DNA of 64,000 nucleotides from an uncultured Candidatus Saccharibacteria bacterium (GCA_964490395.1 CAZBAS010000003.1:8636-72635); one strand, 5' to 3'; positions 26,517 through 36,601 are shown, counted from the first letter of the stretch. Notes: generated by a model from the letters alone, not told the origin. A program made the numbers and translations.

Positions 26517-28667
26517 TTATTCTAGGTGCAAGTTTTCGCTGAGCGATGTGGCAAGACTTGAGAGCATCGGGTAGCGTAAAAGCTCGGGGTCGTGCGCAAT
26601 GAGGGTTTGGGCGGACTTTCGTGCGTTTTCAAGAACTTGCAAACTCAAATAGCGGCCATACTTGAATGTAAAACCAGTTTGGCTCGTTCCAAAGAGGGAG
26701 CCAAACCCGCGTGTATGCATATCGTATTCTGCCAAAGCAAATCCGTCTCTGGTGCGAGCGAAAAAGTCCAGACGTTCAAAACTTGCTTCTGTATCACTAA
26801 ACAGAAAACAATATGACTGGTTTGCGCCTCGTCCCACGCGGCCGCGGAGCTGGTGCAACTGCGCTAGTCCGAACCTGTCTGCCCCTTCAATGAGTATGAC
26901 TGTGGCATTTGGTATATCAATACCTATTTCAATCACAGAAGTAGCAACAAGTATATCTGTTTCTTTATTTTTAAATGCCAGCATGGCGCCATCTTTATCT
27001 GCGCCTTTTAAAGAGCCGTGCACTAGGCCAAGCTTGAGGCGGGGGAAGACTTCTTTCTGAAGGCGCAAGAATTCTGCCTTTGCAGATTTAATCTGTAATT
27101 TATCTGATTCTTCTACCAGAGGAGTAATAATAAACGCTTGCCTCCCACTGGCAACTTCTTTTCGTATAAATTCATATGCACCTGCTCGTTTTGCTTCTGG
27201 CACCACCCAAGTTTTAATGGGTAGTCTGTCCTTTGGTAGTTCGGGGATGGTGGATACAGCAAGGTCGCCATATACTGCGAGGGCGGCAGTGCGGGGGATG
27301 GGCGTAGCTGACATGGACAATAAGTGGGGCACCCATGCTTTTTTCTTTGTCAGCTTTTTTCTGGCTATTTTTTTAGCACTGGCATCGTCCTTATGAAGTT
27401 CCAGGTCCCTAGGCTTGGGCATTTCGTGGTCCTTGAGAGAGAGCAAGGACCTACGCTGCAACACTCCAAAGCGATGCTGTTCATCTATTATTATGAACGC
27501 TGCATTTTTGAAAGCAATATGCTCTTGCAGTAATGCGTGAGTGCCTATGACTAGAGAAATTTTACCTTCAGAGAGTAGCGCGTCGCACTCTTTCTTTGTT
27601 CTGCTTTCCCCGCCCGTCATATGGAAGTTTCTGGTATACAGAGCTATAGCTGAAGCTGGTAATGTAAAGAGCGCGTGCTGGCGTACCATCCCATCAAAAT
27701 GTTGTTTAGCCAGTACTTCGGTAGGTGCGAGCAGTACAACTTGAAGCCCTTGTTCTATGACTTGTAGGGCCGCAAGAACGGCTACTATTGTTTTGCCACT
27801 GCCCACGTCTCCCTGGAGAAGGCGGTTCATGGGGTGCTTATGCTCGAGGTCTTGCAAGCATTCCCATAACGCTTTTTTCTGTCCGTTGGTGAGGGTAAAC
27901 GGTAGCTTAGTGATTAGCGATTTTATATACGCTATATTTGTTTTAATGCTTGGGGCGGCCAAGGCCTTAAGTTGGATCTTATGCTTCTCTACCGCGAGCT
28001 GCTGCACGAGACTTTCTTCAAATGCAAGTCGGGTCTGAGCTTCCGTTACATCATCGTGGGTTTCTGGGAAATGTAAGTGTTGTATCGTAGCCGCTATGGC
28101 TGGAAGCCTATAATTTTTTAGTATTTCACCGGGGATGAGTTCTGGTAGTTCTTTTGCTGCAGGAAGTGCGGTATGCACCAACGTACGAAATGTTTTAGGG
28201 AATAATCCTTCGGGTAAACGATATATGGGAACGAGTCTGCCGGTATGAATATGGTCTTCTGCCACTTTTTCATAAATAGGGTTGGTGAGTTGGAGGCGAT
28301 TTTGATACAGATCAACCTTGCCCGAAAGCAACACTTCGTCTCCTTTTTTTAAGCTTTCTGCAATATATCCTATGTTGAACCAGGTAACTTTAAGCGATCC
28401 TGTACTATCTGAAATAATTGCCTCAGAAAGCATTTTTCTACTCGGAAAAGAAAACCTGGAAGAGATAGTCTTTATAAAACCTCTCACTGTTACGACTTCG
28501 CCCGGCCTGAGGGCTTGTATGTCCGTAAACTTAGAAAAATCTAGATAACGAGTGGGGTAGTATCGTAATAAATCTTCAACAGTGTAAATATGTAAATTTG
28601 CCAAAGACTTAAGAAGCTTTGGCCCTACTTTAGGTAATTGTGATACGGGTGTTTCAGGAGAGTACAT
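26517..28667 (-). CDS. recG: ATP-dependent DNA helicase RecG
   Basis: OB wedge domain, helicase motifs GDVGSGKT and IIDEQHRFGV, and a C-terminal helicase domain. The 716-aa length fits. Confidence 0.85.
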   Translation of the reverse strand: MYSPETPVSQLPKVGPKLLKSLANLHIYTVEDLLRYYPTRYLDFSKFTDIQALRPGEVVTVRGFIKTISSRFSFPSRKMLSEAIISDSTGSLKVTWFNIGYIAESLKKGDEVLLSGKVDLYQNRLQLTNPIYEKVAEDHIHTGRLVPIYRLPEGLFPKTFRTLVHTALPAAKELPELIPGEILKNYRLPAIAATIQHLHFPETHDDVTEAQTRLAFEESLVQQLAVEKHKIQLKALAAPSIKTNIAYIKSLITKLPFTLTNGQKKALWECLQDLEHKHPMNRLLQGDVGSGKTIVAVLAALQVIEQGLQVVLLAPTEVLAKQHFDGMVRQHALFTLPASAIALYTRNFHMTGGESRTKKECDALLSEGKISLVIGTHALLQEHIAFKNAAFIIIDEQHRFGVLQRRSLLSLKDHEMPKPRDLELHKDDASAKKIARKKLTKKKAWVPHLLSMSATPIPRTAALAVYGDLAVSTIPELPKDRLPIKTWVVPEAKRAGAYEFIRKEVASGRQAFIITPLVEESDKLQIKSAKAEFLRLQKEVFPRLKLGLVHGSLKGADKDGAMLAFKNKETDILVATSVIEIGIDIPNATVILIEGADRFGLAQLHQLRGRVGRGANQSYCFLFSDTEASFERLDFFARTRDGFALAEYDMHTRGFGSLFGTSQTGFTFKYGRYLSLQVLENARKSAQTLIAHDPELLRYPMLSSLATSLSENLHLE

Positions 28668-28737
28668 ATTAGGTATGGTATCAATTGCCTATATGAATAA
28701 CAAGAGTAGCTTGATAGCTACTCTTTATATATTTATT

Positions 28738-28814
28738 ATGGTGACTCTGGCTGGAATCGAACCAGCGACTTTCTCCTTCGGAGGGAGACGCTCTAATCCA
28801 CTGAGCTACAGAGC
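28738..28814 (-). tRNA. tRNA-Arg (anticodon CCG)
   Basis: The reverse complement is GGCTCTGTAGCTCAGTGGATTAGAGCGTCTCCCTCCGAAGGAGAAAGTCGCTGGTTCGATTCCAGCCAGAGTCACCA. It folds as a cloverleaf with anticodon loop CTCCGAA and an encoded CCA end. Confidence 0.85.
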
Positions 28815-28973
28815 CGTCAGGCAAGTGACGCAGATGTGTTATTGATATTTGCCTATAATATACTACTGCTCGTCTGATGGAGGCTTGGCGAAGTAGGAAG
28901 CTGTAGGGCCACGGAGGCACTTTATATATTGTACGGAAAAGAAACAGTCGCCACAAGGGCGACTATTTTTGCA

Positions 28974-29447
28974 TTAAAATTTTAATTTGTGGGCAATTCT
29001 CTGCGAGAACGAAGGGGTGGTGTGTTCTGCTTCGGGTATGTGTCTGGCTATGAGACGTCGGACAGTAGTTGGGTCTTGGTCTGCAAGCTCGACAATGATG
29101 GTCTGCTTGAGGTATGTACTCGCTTCAAGATTCAGCGTTTTGTGCTCGGGAGTGTCTACCATCCAAAAATGTTGAAAATGTTGGTAGGGTATATAGAGTT
29201 CTCCAAGAGTTACTCCTTCGTTGTCTAGCTTAACAGTAACAAGTGCTGGTTTTCGTCTTGAAAAGAACAAGATAAGTGCTCCTAGGATGAGCATGCTGGT
29301 TGCCCCAAAGTAATCAGCAGTAATTATTTTATAGCCGACCAACAACACAGTGGCTACGATAAGGATGGCGTACCAGCCCAGCGATTTTTCGTAATGCTGG
29401 AATTCTGGCGCTTCCCATTCTAAGAATTGTTTATTTTTATCTGACAT
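28974..29447 (-). CDS. Hypothetical membrane protein
   Basis: 157 aa with two TM helices near the N-terminus. No catalytic motif. Confidence 0.4.
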   Translation of the reverse strand: MSDKNKQFLEWEAPEFQHYEKSLGWYAILIVATVLLVGYKIITADYFGATSMLILGALILFFSRRKPALVTVKLDNEGVTLGELYIPYQHFQHFWMVDTPEHKTLNLEASTYLKQTIIVELADQDPTTVRRLIARHIPEAEHTTPSFSQRIAHKLKF

Positions 29448-29641
29448 GGGTTTGTATGAGAGAGGGATCTATATGTATAGTATACCATTGAACGTTCGGT
29501 CCATGTACTGCACTGCTCGTATATTTGTCTTGCTGCTGTCAATAGCTTACTGCTATCTATAGCTGACACGCTTCGTCGAACCTTTAAACTATTGCCGCTA
29601 GTAGTATAGGCGGAAGTCCGATATATAGCCTCGGCCAAGCG

Positions 29642-29730
29642 TGGCGGAGAGGGGGGGATTCGAACCCCCGAGGCTTTTTACACCTGACGGTTTTCAAGAC
29701 CGTTGCACTAAACCACTATGCGACCTCTCC
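29642..29730 (-). tRNA. tRNA-Ser (anticodon TGA)
   Basis: The reverse complement is GGAGAGGTCGCATAGTGGTTTAGTGCAACGGTCTTGAAAACCGTC...CGGGGGTTCGAATCCCCCCCTCTCCGCCA, with a long variable arm and anticodon loop CTTGAAA. Confidence 0.85.
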
Positions 29731-29991
29731 AGATATATTCTTTTCTTTAGTTGGGCCAAATAACCATTTAATTCGCTCTCTACCTTTGCCGCTTTTTAAG
29801 AATAGTTCTTCTCGACGAGCGTCTGTTTTTGAAATAAAGGCTTCGTAATACAAAACTTCCCAGGGCCTACCATTTTTAGTTGATTGAACCTTGCCAGTGT
29901 TGTGCCGTACTAACCTAGCTTTCAAATCGTCCGTGCTGCCTTTGTATAGTGATCCGCTTTTTTTGCTTTTTAGGATATATACGTAATGCAT
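29716..29991 (-). CDS. GIY-YIG nuclease-domain protein (UPF0213/YhbQ-like)
   Basis: MHYVYILKSKKSGSLYKGSTDDLKARLVRHNTG is a classic GIY-YIG core. The 91-aa ORF runs 15 nt into the 5' end of the tRNA-Ser gene, so the true stop may lie earlier. Confidence 0.7.
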   Translation of the reverse strand: MHYVYILKSKKSGSLYKGSTDDLKARLVRHNTGKVQSTKNGRPWEVLYYEAFISKTDARREELFLKSGKGRERIKWLFGPTKEKNISGEVA

Positions 29992-30002
29992 ATATTAGTT
30001 TT

Positions 30003-30068
30003 TCCGCCCGAGGCGGACCCGCCTTGGGCGGGCAAGACCACCGCACTAGACCACTATGCGACCTCTCC
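30003..30068 (-). pseudogene. Truncated tRNA-Ser 5' half (about 37 nt, through the anticodon stem) fused to the GC-rich double-hairpin repeat
   Basis: The reverse complement is GGAGAGGTCGCATAGTGGTCTAGTGCGGTGGTCTTG followed by CCCGCCCAAGGCGGGTCCGCCTCGGGCGG. It matches tRNA-Ser(TGA) only up to the anticodon loop. Confidence 0.6.
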
Positions 30069-30436
30069 CAGCGGGCCATTCTTTTTTATGCGGCCCTATT
30101 TCTAGGAGGCATTGATAATATTATACCAGCATTGAGGCAAATTAGGCTAGTATCGCTTTTCTAAAGTATTCTGAATCTGAAAATACGAAAAACAGCCATA
30201 TCTCTAGAATTAGGCTGTTTTTCTGTGTCCGTCATTACTATTTGGCCTCCATTGCTGTAAGCACGGGGGCAAGTAATGGTGGAGTAGTTTATGCGAAATT
30301 TTATATCGCATAAATAGTGTATGTGTCTACGCAAGAGGCGGTCGCCTCATTGCTATCCGGTGTGGGCAAATCCGTGCCGGAGTCTTCCAGCCCTTAGGGG
30401 GGGGCAAGCGCTGGAAAGTCCGAAACCGATGAGAGC

Positions 30437-31537
30437 CTATTTGGAATATTGAGGGCTTGGGTTCTCGACTATGAAGCTGCTTTGTATGGCTGAGCTTTCT
30501 GGTTCGGTAGGGGCTTGGTTGTTTTGCTCATTTTCGTCCCCGGGTACGGGCTTTTGCTTCTCGGTTTCAACGCCCTTTACTTTGCCTGTATTCTGGAGGG
30601 TAACAACAATCTTCTTTGCCGTTAAAATTTTATTCGTTTCGGTTGCGGTTACCGTAACTTGCATGCCTGCCTTAAGAGTAGGCTTGGTTACAGTGTTTTT
30701 CCCGTCGGTAATTTCCGTTGTGTCAGTAAGGACGATAGTATCTTTTCCAACAAATAATTCTTTTTCAGAAATTTTTGCAATGCTACCCGTTACAACGGTT
30801 GGCTGGAGTTTCGCAAGGGTTGATTCGTTCGAGGCTGCAACCAATTTTTGAGCTTCAGCAATGGTTTTGCTTCCCGCAGCAGTAGCTTTAAGTGCGGTCT
30901 CGGCAGCGTCTTTGACTTCAGGATCTTGAGCAGTATGTATAATTGCAGCTTGCTGATCTATAGCACTTTGGAGTTTGTTAAGGAGGTCAGGGTTTTTTTG
31001 AGCTATAGCAACTTGCCGCACTGTTTCAATGGTTTGTTGGGTTTCGGCGGTAAGGTGTGAAAGGGCTGCAGCTTTTACTTTGGAGTCAGTATTTGTGTCC
31101 GCAAGTACGCTTTGAGTATCTTGCAGTCTGTCGTTTACATATTGAATCTGTAGGTTCGCCTTGGCACTTTCGTCGCTCATAAGGCTCAGGCGTAGTCCGT
31201 GGCCGCTGCTCTTGTATTCATACCAATTACTGCCTGGCTTGCTTTGTATAGCTACAATGCCTGTAAGAAGCAACCCAACAACTAAGGTTGCGCCGCCAAT
31301 ATAGCTGGCCAGATTCATAAGTTGTAGGCCACGCATGACCGGCGCCGCAGCAGGGTGTATTATATACAATCTTTGTTTGTGTGGAGTGGGGACTGCTTTG
31401 GTAGGGATATCTGAAATCTTCAGGGCTAACTGCGCAAGTGCATGAAGACTGCTATCTTGGTCGCGCACAGAAACACCATCTCTACGGTTAGAGAGGAGCG
31501 ATTCGAGCTGTTTTGCTTTGTGACTATTCTGGAACAT
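30437..31537 (-). CDS. Membrane protein with a DUF5667-like extracytoplasmic domain; putative anti-sigma factor or sigma-associated partner
   Basis: 366 aa with a single TM helix (LMNLASYIGGATLVVGLLLTGIVAI). Its start is 4 nt downstream of the sigma factor stop. The helical Q/A/T-rich ectodomain is followed by a TVT-rich C-terminus. Confidence 0.45.
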   Translation of the reverse strand: MFQNSHKAKQLESLLSNRRDGVSVRDQDSSLHALAQLALKISDIPTKAVPTPHKQRLYIIHPAAAPVMRGLQLMNLASYIGGATLVVGLLLTGIVAIQSKPGSNWYEYKSSGHGLRLSLMSDESAKANLQIQYVNDRLQDTQSVLADTNTDSKVKAAALSHLTAETQQTIETVRQVAIAQKNPDLLNKLQSAIDQQAAIIHTAQDPEVKDAAETALKATAAGSKTIAEAQKLVAASNESTLAKLQPTVVTGSIAKISEKELFVGKDTIVLTDTTEITDGKNTVTKPTLKAGMQVTVTATETNKILTAKKIVVTLQNTGKVKGVETEKQKPVPGDENEQNNQAPTEPESSAIQSSFIVENPSPQYSK

Positions 31538-31541
31538 GTAT

Positions 31542-32135
31542 CTAAATGCGGATATGATTTTTAAGTATAGTACGAAGCTCGGTGAGAGCTCTGAATTGAA
31601 TTATGCGAATATTTCCTTCAGACTTTCTAAGCATATGCGCTATTTCTGCAATTTCGAACCCTTCAAGGAAGCGTAGGCGAATGACTTGTTGTTGCTCAGA
31701 ACTGAGTTTCTCTAGCGCAGTAACAATAACTCGCTGGTCAGATTGTAGTTGCAGTGCATCTATTGCATCGGATTCATGGGCGGCAATATTTTCTGCTTCA
31801 TCAATGCTAACGAGTGGGTTGGCTTTTCGGTAATGATCTATGACGCTATTACGCGCAATTTGGAATATCCAACCGCTGAGTTTTGTGGGTCCACCTTTAA
31901 GGGTAGGAAGCGCGCGAAATACTTTTATAAAAACTTCCTCAGTAATATCTTCTGCGGTTTGTTGGTGGCTCGTGCGATAGTATATAAAGCGGTATATGCG
32001 GTCGAAGTATGCATCGTAGAGCTTACCTAGGGCCGCACTATCACCAATCATCGCCGCATCGAAAACATCAGTCTCTATGGATGGTTCTGATAGTGATTTT
32101 CCTTTTATACTACTAGAGACGAAGGGTATGTTCAT
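31542..32135 (-). CDS. RNA polymerase sigma-70 family (ECF-type) sigma factor
   Basis: Region 2 (DRIYRFIYYRTSHQQTAEDITEEVFIKVF...WIFQIARNSVIDHYRK) and a region 4 helix-turn-helix (RLRFLEGFEIAEIAHMLRKSEGNIRIIQFRAL). Confidence 0.75.
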   Translation of the reverse strand: MNIPFVSSSIKGKSLSEPSIETDVFDAAMIGDSAALGKLYDAYFDRIYRFIYYRTSHQQTAEDITEEVFIKVFRALPTLKGGPTKLSGWIFQIARNSVIDHYRKANPLVSIDEAENIAAHESDAIDALQLQSDQRVIVTALEKLSSEQQQVIRLRFLEGFEIAEIAHMLRKSEGNIRIIQFRALTELRTILKNHIRI

Positions 32136-32212
32136 TTTGTTACAAAAGTGGCTAGTGTGCGCCCAATATGGTCCACGTATGGCACATTATACCACTTTTG
32201 CCCTGGTTTTGT

Positions 32213-32923
32213 TTAGGAAATGAAAAGACTTAATTGGCTTACCGCTGCTATGGCGGCGGTTTCAGTTCTTAACGTAAAGGGGCTCAGTAGGAGGGGGGCT
32301 GCTTGGCATGAAAGGAATAAGGCTTCCTCTGTCTTGGACCACCCACCTTCTGGCCCCACGAGCAAAGAAATATTTTTTGCATCGGTGAGTATTGGACTTG
32401 AACTGGTGATAGTCTGTGTTGCGTGTTGAGATAGATACAGTAGTGGTAATAAGTTTTTTGTGTGTACAATGTCTGGAAGTGCACCGAGAGAAATAGCGGC
32501 CCCGCGTGTACGGCCGCACTGCTTTGCTGCTTCTGTTGCTATTTTTTCCCATCTGGCTATTTTTTCAGGTCGTACGGTGAAAGGGGAGCGGTCTGCGGTA
32601 AATATAATTATTTCGTGTACCCCAAGTTCGGTTGATTTTTGTATAATTATGTCCAGAGCCTGTTCCGCTATAAGCGCTTGGCAGAGTGTAATGTGAGTTG
32701 CATATTCTTTTGGAGCAGCGAGTTTTTGTATCGGGATAAATCCCAGGCTTTTTTTGCTCAGTTTTTCTACGGTGCATAAAAAGCGCGCCCGTTGTGAGTC
32801 CTGCACCTCTATTTTTTCTCCCACTTTTATACGCCTCGACAGGAGAAGGTGTTTGGCTTCTTCTCCTTCAAGTACGCTAGGGGTATCCAGTTGCAACGAT
32901 TCTGTGGTAAGAAAATAAGACAT
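32213..32923 (-). CDS. rsmE: 16S rRNA (uracil1498-N3)-methyltransferase RsmE
   Basis: LLVGPEGGWSKTE motif, C-terminal LRTETAAIAAVS, and an N-terminal PUA-like domain. Confidence 0.75.
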   Translation of the reverse strand: MSYFLTTESLQLDTPSVLEGEEAKHLLLSRRIKVGEKIEVQDSQRARFLCTVEKLSKKSLGFIPIQKLAAPKEYATHITLCQALIAEQALDIIIQKSTELGVHEIIIFTADRSPFTVRPEKIARWEKIATEAAKQCGRTRGAAISLGALPDIVHTKNLLPLLYLSQHATQTITSSSPILTDAKNISLLVGPEGGWSKTEEALFLSCQAAPLLLSPFTLRTETAAIAAVSQLSLFIS

Positions 32924-33134
32924 AGGGGACAGATAGGACCTATAATACGCGGGTCCTTGAAACTTTGACGTTATAGTAAGTATCCGCTAAAATATGATAG
33001 CTAATTTAAAGCAATCAGACCATAGCAGTTTGAAGTTTTTTTACCTCGATAAGTAGTAAATGTGGCGTGAAGCAATGCAGCTTTGCTGCTTGCGAACGCG
33101 CCGCTGGGTAGGGCTTCAGCGGCATATATATATA

Positions 33135-33224
<90 letters not shown>

Positions 33225-33225
33225 G

Positions 33226-33258
33226 AAAAAGACTGCTCACGTGTGGGCAGTCTTTTTC
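33226..33258 (+). terminator. Rho-independent terminator after tRNA-Ser(GCT)
   Basis: agactgc...gcagtct hairpin followed by ttttt. Confidence 0.55.
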
Positions 33259-33393
33259 TGAATGGGGGATTCGAAAAGAGCGTTCTGCCACCAGCAGAAT
33301 TTCATGCGAATACTTGGAGCATGAAATAGCGGCGGGGTCGCGTTAGGTGAGACTGTATGCCAGCTTTGTGGCAGAAAGTCCACCGTGGGTGAC

Positions 33394-33450
33394 CGAATCC
33401 CCCCCTCTCCGCCAGAAGAAAAGAGACTACCAAATGGTAGTCTCTTTTCT
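33394..33450 (+). repeat. Direct repeat of the tRNA-Ser(GCT) 3' end (24 nt, cgaatccccccctctccgccagaa) followed by a second strong terminator hairpin
   Basis: 33394-33417 is identical to 33204-33227. It is followed by aagagactacca-aa-tggtagtctctt and a T-run. Confidence 0.7.
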
Positions 33451-33452
33451 GT

Positions 33453-33977
33453 TTGCTGTATGGTGGTCTGTGGCCTATACTTAAGGTAATACATAATATA
33501 GTGATATCTAGTATGTTTATAAAATCATTGAAGACAAGCTTGGTATATGGCCTTTTGGTCTGGGCCATTCCTTTTGTGCTCGCATTTATACTCTTTCCGA
33601 TACGGAACAGTGACCGTATATTCTTTGAGAGCATTATGCCTGTTGCGCTTGTAGTGACAGTGGTTGTATTAGCTCGTATTGCTCGTAATAAAGAGTTTTT
33701 ACGATCATGGCAAACTGGCGCTCTGTGGTTTGTAATATCCGTGGTCCTTGACCAAGCCTTTTTTACCTGGGGACCACAAAAAATTTCCTTTACCGATTAC
33801 TGGAAGGACATTGGGTTTGTGTACCTAGTGATACCCGTTATAACCTGGGCAGTGCACTATGGTGTATCTAAGCGTGCTCCAATTACAGCTCATGAAGTTA
33901 GTAGTGATACATATAGCCAAAATGTAAGCAGTCATAGTGAGATGTCACCAGTGAGCGATGATAAGCTAGCGCAATAG
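33453..33977 (+). CDS. Hypothetical polytopic membrane protein
   Basis: 174 aa with four predicted TM helices. Confidence 0.45.
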   Translation: MLYGGLWPILKVIHNIVISSMFIKSLKTSLVYGLLVWAIPFVLAFILFPIRNSDRIFFESIMPVALVVTVVVLARIARNKEFLRSWQTGALWFVISVVLDQAFFTWGPQKISFTDYWKDIGFVYLVIPVITWAVHYGVSKRAPITAHEVSSDTYSQNVSSHSEMSPVSDDKLAQ

Positions 33978-34053
33978 CCGATAATACCTCCAATCTGGAT
34001 TGATCGAATATAAAAAGAGTGCCCTTTCTAATTCAGGCACTCTTTTTGATATT

Positions 34054-35016
34054 TTATTTCTTTCTAGTGTCAAACCAGGCAATGGTTTTTTTGAGGCCGG
34101 TTTTGAAATTTACTTCTGGTTTATAGCCCAGAACTTTCTTTGCTTTAGAAATATTTGCATGGCTGTGGCGCACATCACCTACGCGGGTCGGACGCATTTC
34201 AATGGATAGCTTTTTACCCGTGTATTGTTCTATCAGCTTTCGCGTTTCTAAGAGCGTGGTGCGTTCTCCGCCTGCTACGTTAAACGCTTCGCCATTTATT
34301 CGTTTCTCGCAGAGCATGGCTTTTATGTTTGCTTGGACTACATTGTCTACATACGTAAAGTCGCGCGACTGCAGGCCATCACCTTCTAAAAATAGCTCTT
34401 TGCTGCCCGGAAAGTATAGTGCTTCAAGCCACCCCGAGACTACCGTTGAGTAGGGTGAATTGCCAAACTGGCCAGGACCAAATACATTGAAGTACCTCAG
34501 TACGGCGGTATCGAGACCGAATAAAGACGAAAATATTTTGCAGTACGGCTCGCCTACATATTTTTGGAGAGCATAGGGGGACTTTGGGTTGATGGGTGCG
34601 GTTTCTGGAGTAGGGAGCTGGTCTGCGCCGCCGTATACGGATGATGAGGAAGAGTATATAACGCGCTTTACTCCATGATTTTTTGCTGCTTCCAGAACTG
34701 CTACTGTGCCCACAATGTTGTTCTCTGTGGTCTCAACCGGAAATTCTACGCTTACTGAAACGCGGGGCATGGCAGCAAAGTGAAACACGTATTCTGGTTT
34801 GTGCTTCTTGAAGACTTTATCTAAAAACTTCCTGTCTGTTATGGATCCTTTATAAAATGTTATTCCTTTGTCTAAGCGGTCTTTTCTGCCAGTGGAAAAG
34901 TTGTCTATGCCAATAATTTCAGTTTTTGGAAACTGTTTTTTAAACGTAGCAACAAAGTTGCTGCCAATAAACCCAGCTGGGCCAGTTACAAGTATTGTCT
35001 TTGGTGATTTCTTCAT
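34054..35016 (-). CDS. NAD-dependent epimerase/dehydratase (extended SDR; UDP-sugar epimerase/decarboxylase-like)
   Basis: N-terminal Rossmann motif ILVTGPAGFIGSNFV, a YxxxK-type catalytic region (YALQKY), 320 aa. Confidence 0.7.
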   Translation of the reverse strand: MKKSPKTILVTGPAGFIGSNFVATFKKQFPKTEIIGIDNFSTGRKDRLDKGITFYKGSITDRKFLDKVFKKHKPEYVFHFAAMPRVSVSVEFPVETTENNIVGTVAVLEAAKNHGVKRVIYSSSSSVYGGADQLPTPETAPINPKSPYALQKYVGEPYCKIFSSLFGLDTAVLRYFNVFGPGQFGNSPYSTVVSGWLEALYFPGSKELFLEGDGLQSRDFTYVDNVVQANIKAMLCEKRINGEAFNVAGGERTTLLETRKLIEQYTGKKLSIEMRPTRVGDVRHSHANISKAKKVLGYKPEVNFKTGLKKTIAWFDTRKK

Positions 35017-35190
35017 ATATATAAAACTAATGACTAAACTAGACCAGCAAGTGTACCAGAGTCAAGGTATTAAATCAACCCCTGTGGGCGTGTCTAGATG
35101 GTGCCCATCTAGACGGGCTTATACGTTGCCTGGTTCAAAGAATAAGACCTGGCAGCGGTGAGCGCGTGCCAGGTCAAGGTGTACGAAAGT

Positions 35191-35694
35191 CTAAGCTTTC
35201 TTTTTGTTCCAAAAGCGATCGGACGTCTCGCCTTTGACTTCATCTGAAAGCGTGTAGTCAATTGGGATTTGTATATCACAATCGGCATGTGTGCACTGCC
35301 AACATATAACGTCCCGTCCCGAAACCATTAGTTTCATAGGGCCATTGTGCTGCTCGCAGTACTCTACGCTTTCAGCGAGTTTGATAAGGGTTTCTACCCT
35401 CCTCCTGAACCTCTTGGCAAATTTTTCTCTATTCCTATACCGTGGAGTCTTTTTCATCTTCCACAGCACTTCTTCCTGTTTTTTGCCAATGAGAATTGTT
35501 TTTACCGCTTTTGTGCCCTTGGGTAAGGGGCCAGAGGCGGTGAGAGTGGTCCAGATAATTATACTGAGCCACTCGTTTATTTGTTTACTCAGCTTGCGCT
35601 GAGCGTTGATATTTCTGCTATTGATGTTGGCGCATGCAAAGCCTAGGCCAACTAAAATTTCGAGCAAGCGACGTATGCCTTCCGACATACTCAT
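35191..35694 (-). CDS. Hypothetical protein with a Cys4 zinc-ribbon-like motif
   Basis: 167 aa; CEQHNGPMKLMVSGRDVICWQCTHADC. Confidence 0.4.
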   Translation of the reverse strand: MSMSEGIRRLLEILVGLGFACANINSRNINAQRKLSKQINEWLSIIIWTTLTASGPLPKGTKAVKTILIGKKQEEVLWKMKKTPRYRNREKFAKRFRRRVETLIKLAESVEYCEQHNGPMKLMVSGRDVICWQCTHADCDIQIPIDYTLSDEVKGETSDRFWNKKKA

Positions 35695-35845
35695 AAGTCA
35701 CCTCCAAAGAAAGAGGGTGGTTAACGTGCCCGCGTTAACGTGCGATCTGCTCGATTGAGCAGTTTAGGAAGGATTTTGTTTGCTCAATACTATGCTTTAT
35801 AGAACTGTTGGTCAAGCTTGTTGTGCACAATGTTCGTTGTCTCCA

Positions 35846-36601
35846 TTAATCTTGTGCCAAAGCTATGCACCACACACTTAGAGCATGGCTTTGTTTCAGC
35901 GCTTTTGCTGCTTCGAGTAGTGTACTACCTGTGGTAGTGACGTCGTCTATAAGCAGTACTACTTTGCCGCCCAAGTCTAGTCCGGGCTGGACCATAAAGC
36001 AGCCTTTGACATTTGCTATGCGCTTGTCTTTCTTCAAATCTTTTTGCGTTTTGGTGGGTCGGGTCCGCACGAGGATGTCTCCGTATGTGAGCGCGAGTGT
36101 ATCCGCAAGGGTTTTTGCCAAAATTTCTGATTGATTATATCCTCGCCAGCGTTTCCGCCTTGTATGGAGGGGTAGAGAAGTAACTACTACGTGCTCTCTA
36201 TTCAGAATGCTCAATTCGCCCTCAAAATGGTGCGCAATGAGTGCGCCATATACTTTGAATACAGAAGGAATAAAATTGTATTTACCAGCAATAATGCTTT
36301 CTGAACAACCAGGACTTTTGTATTGCATTAAGCATAGGGTTCGGTCTGGAGTTAAGGTGTTTTTACAGGGTACGTGAGTAAGTCCAAACGGGCTTGGCTT
36401 TGTGCAGACAATGCACCGCTGTTGCTCTACTAGGTCCATGCGGGCCAGGCAGTTTGTACATATAGGTTCCTTCCACTCTTTTGTACACACAACACACCGT
36501 ACTGGTAGTATTGTATTCAGGACGAAGTTGTATATATCAGTTATAACGGGGTGCATATTGCGGGTCGCAGAATTATGAATCACGAATCGTGAATTAAGCA
36601 A
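35846..36601 (-). CDS. comF: ComF family protein (competence-associated phosphoribosyltransferase-domain protein)
   Basis: N-terminal Cys-rich Zn finger (CVVCTK...CTNC...CIVCTK) and a C-terminal PRTase motif VLLIDDVTTTGSTL. Confidence 0.7.
   Translation of the reverse strand: MLNSRFVIHNSATRNMHPVITDIYNFVLNTILPVRCVVCTKEWKEPICTNCLARMDLVEQQRCIVCTKPSPFGLTHVPCKNTLTPDRTLCLMQYKSPGCSESIIAGKYNFIPSVFKVYGALIAHHFEGELSILNREHVVVTSLPLHTRRKRWRGYNQSEILAKTLADTLALTYGDILVRTRPTKTQKDLKKDKRIANVKGCFMVQPGLDLGGKVVLLIDDVTTTGSTLLEAAKALKQSHALSVWCIALAQD

Noticed and set aside
28681-28956. 91-aa minus-strand ORF
   Set aside because: It overlaps the tRNA-Arg(CCG) gene, so it is spurious.
33237-33634. Two minus-strand ORFs of 85 aa and 110 aa
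   Set aside because: They overlap the tRNA-Ser terminator and the repeated 3'-end element. There is no RBS and the region is better explained as structured RNA or an att-scar.
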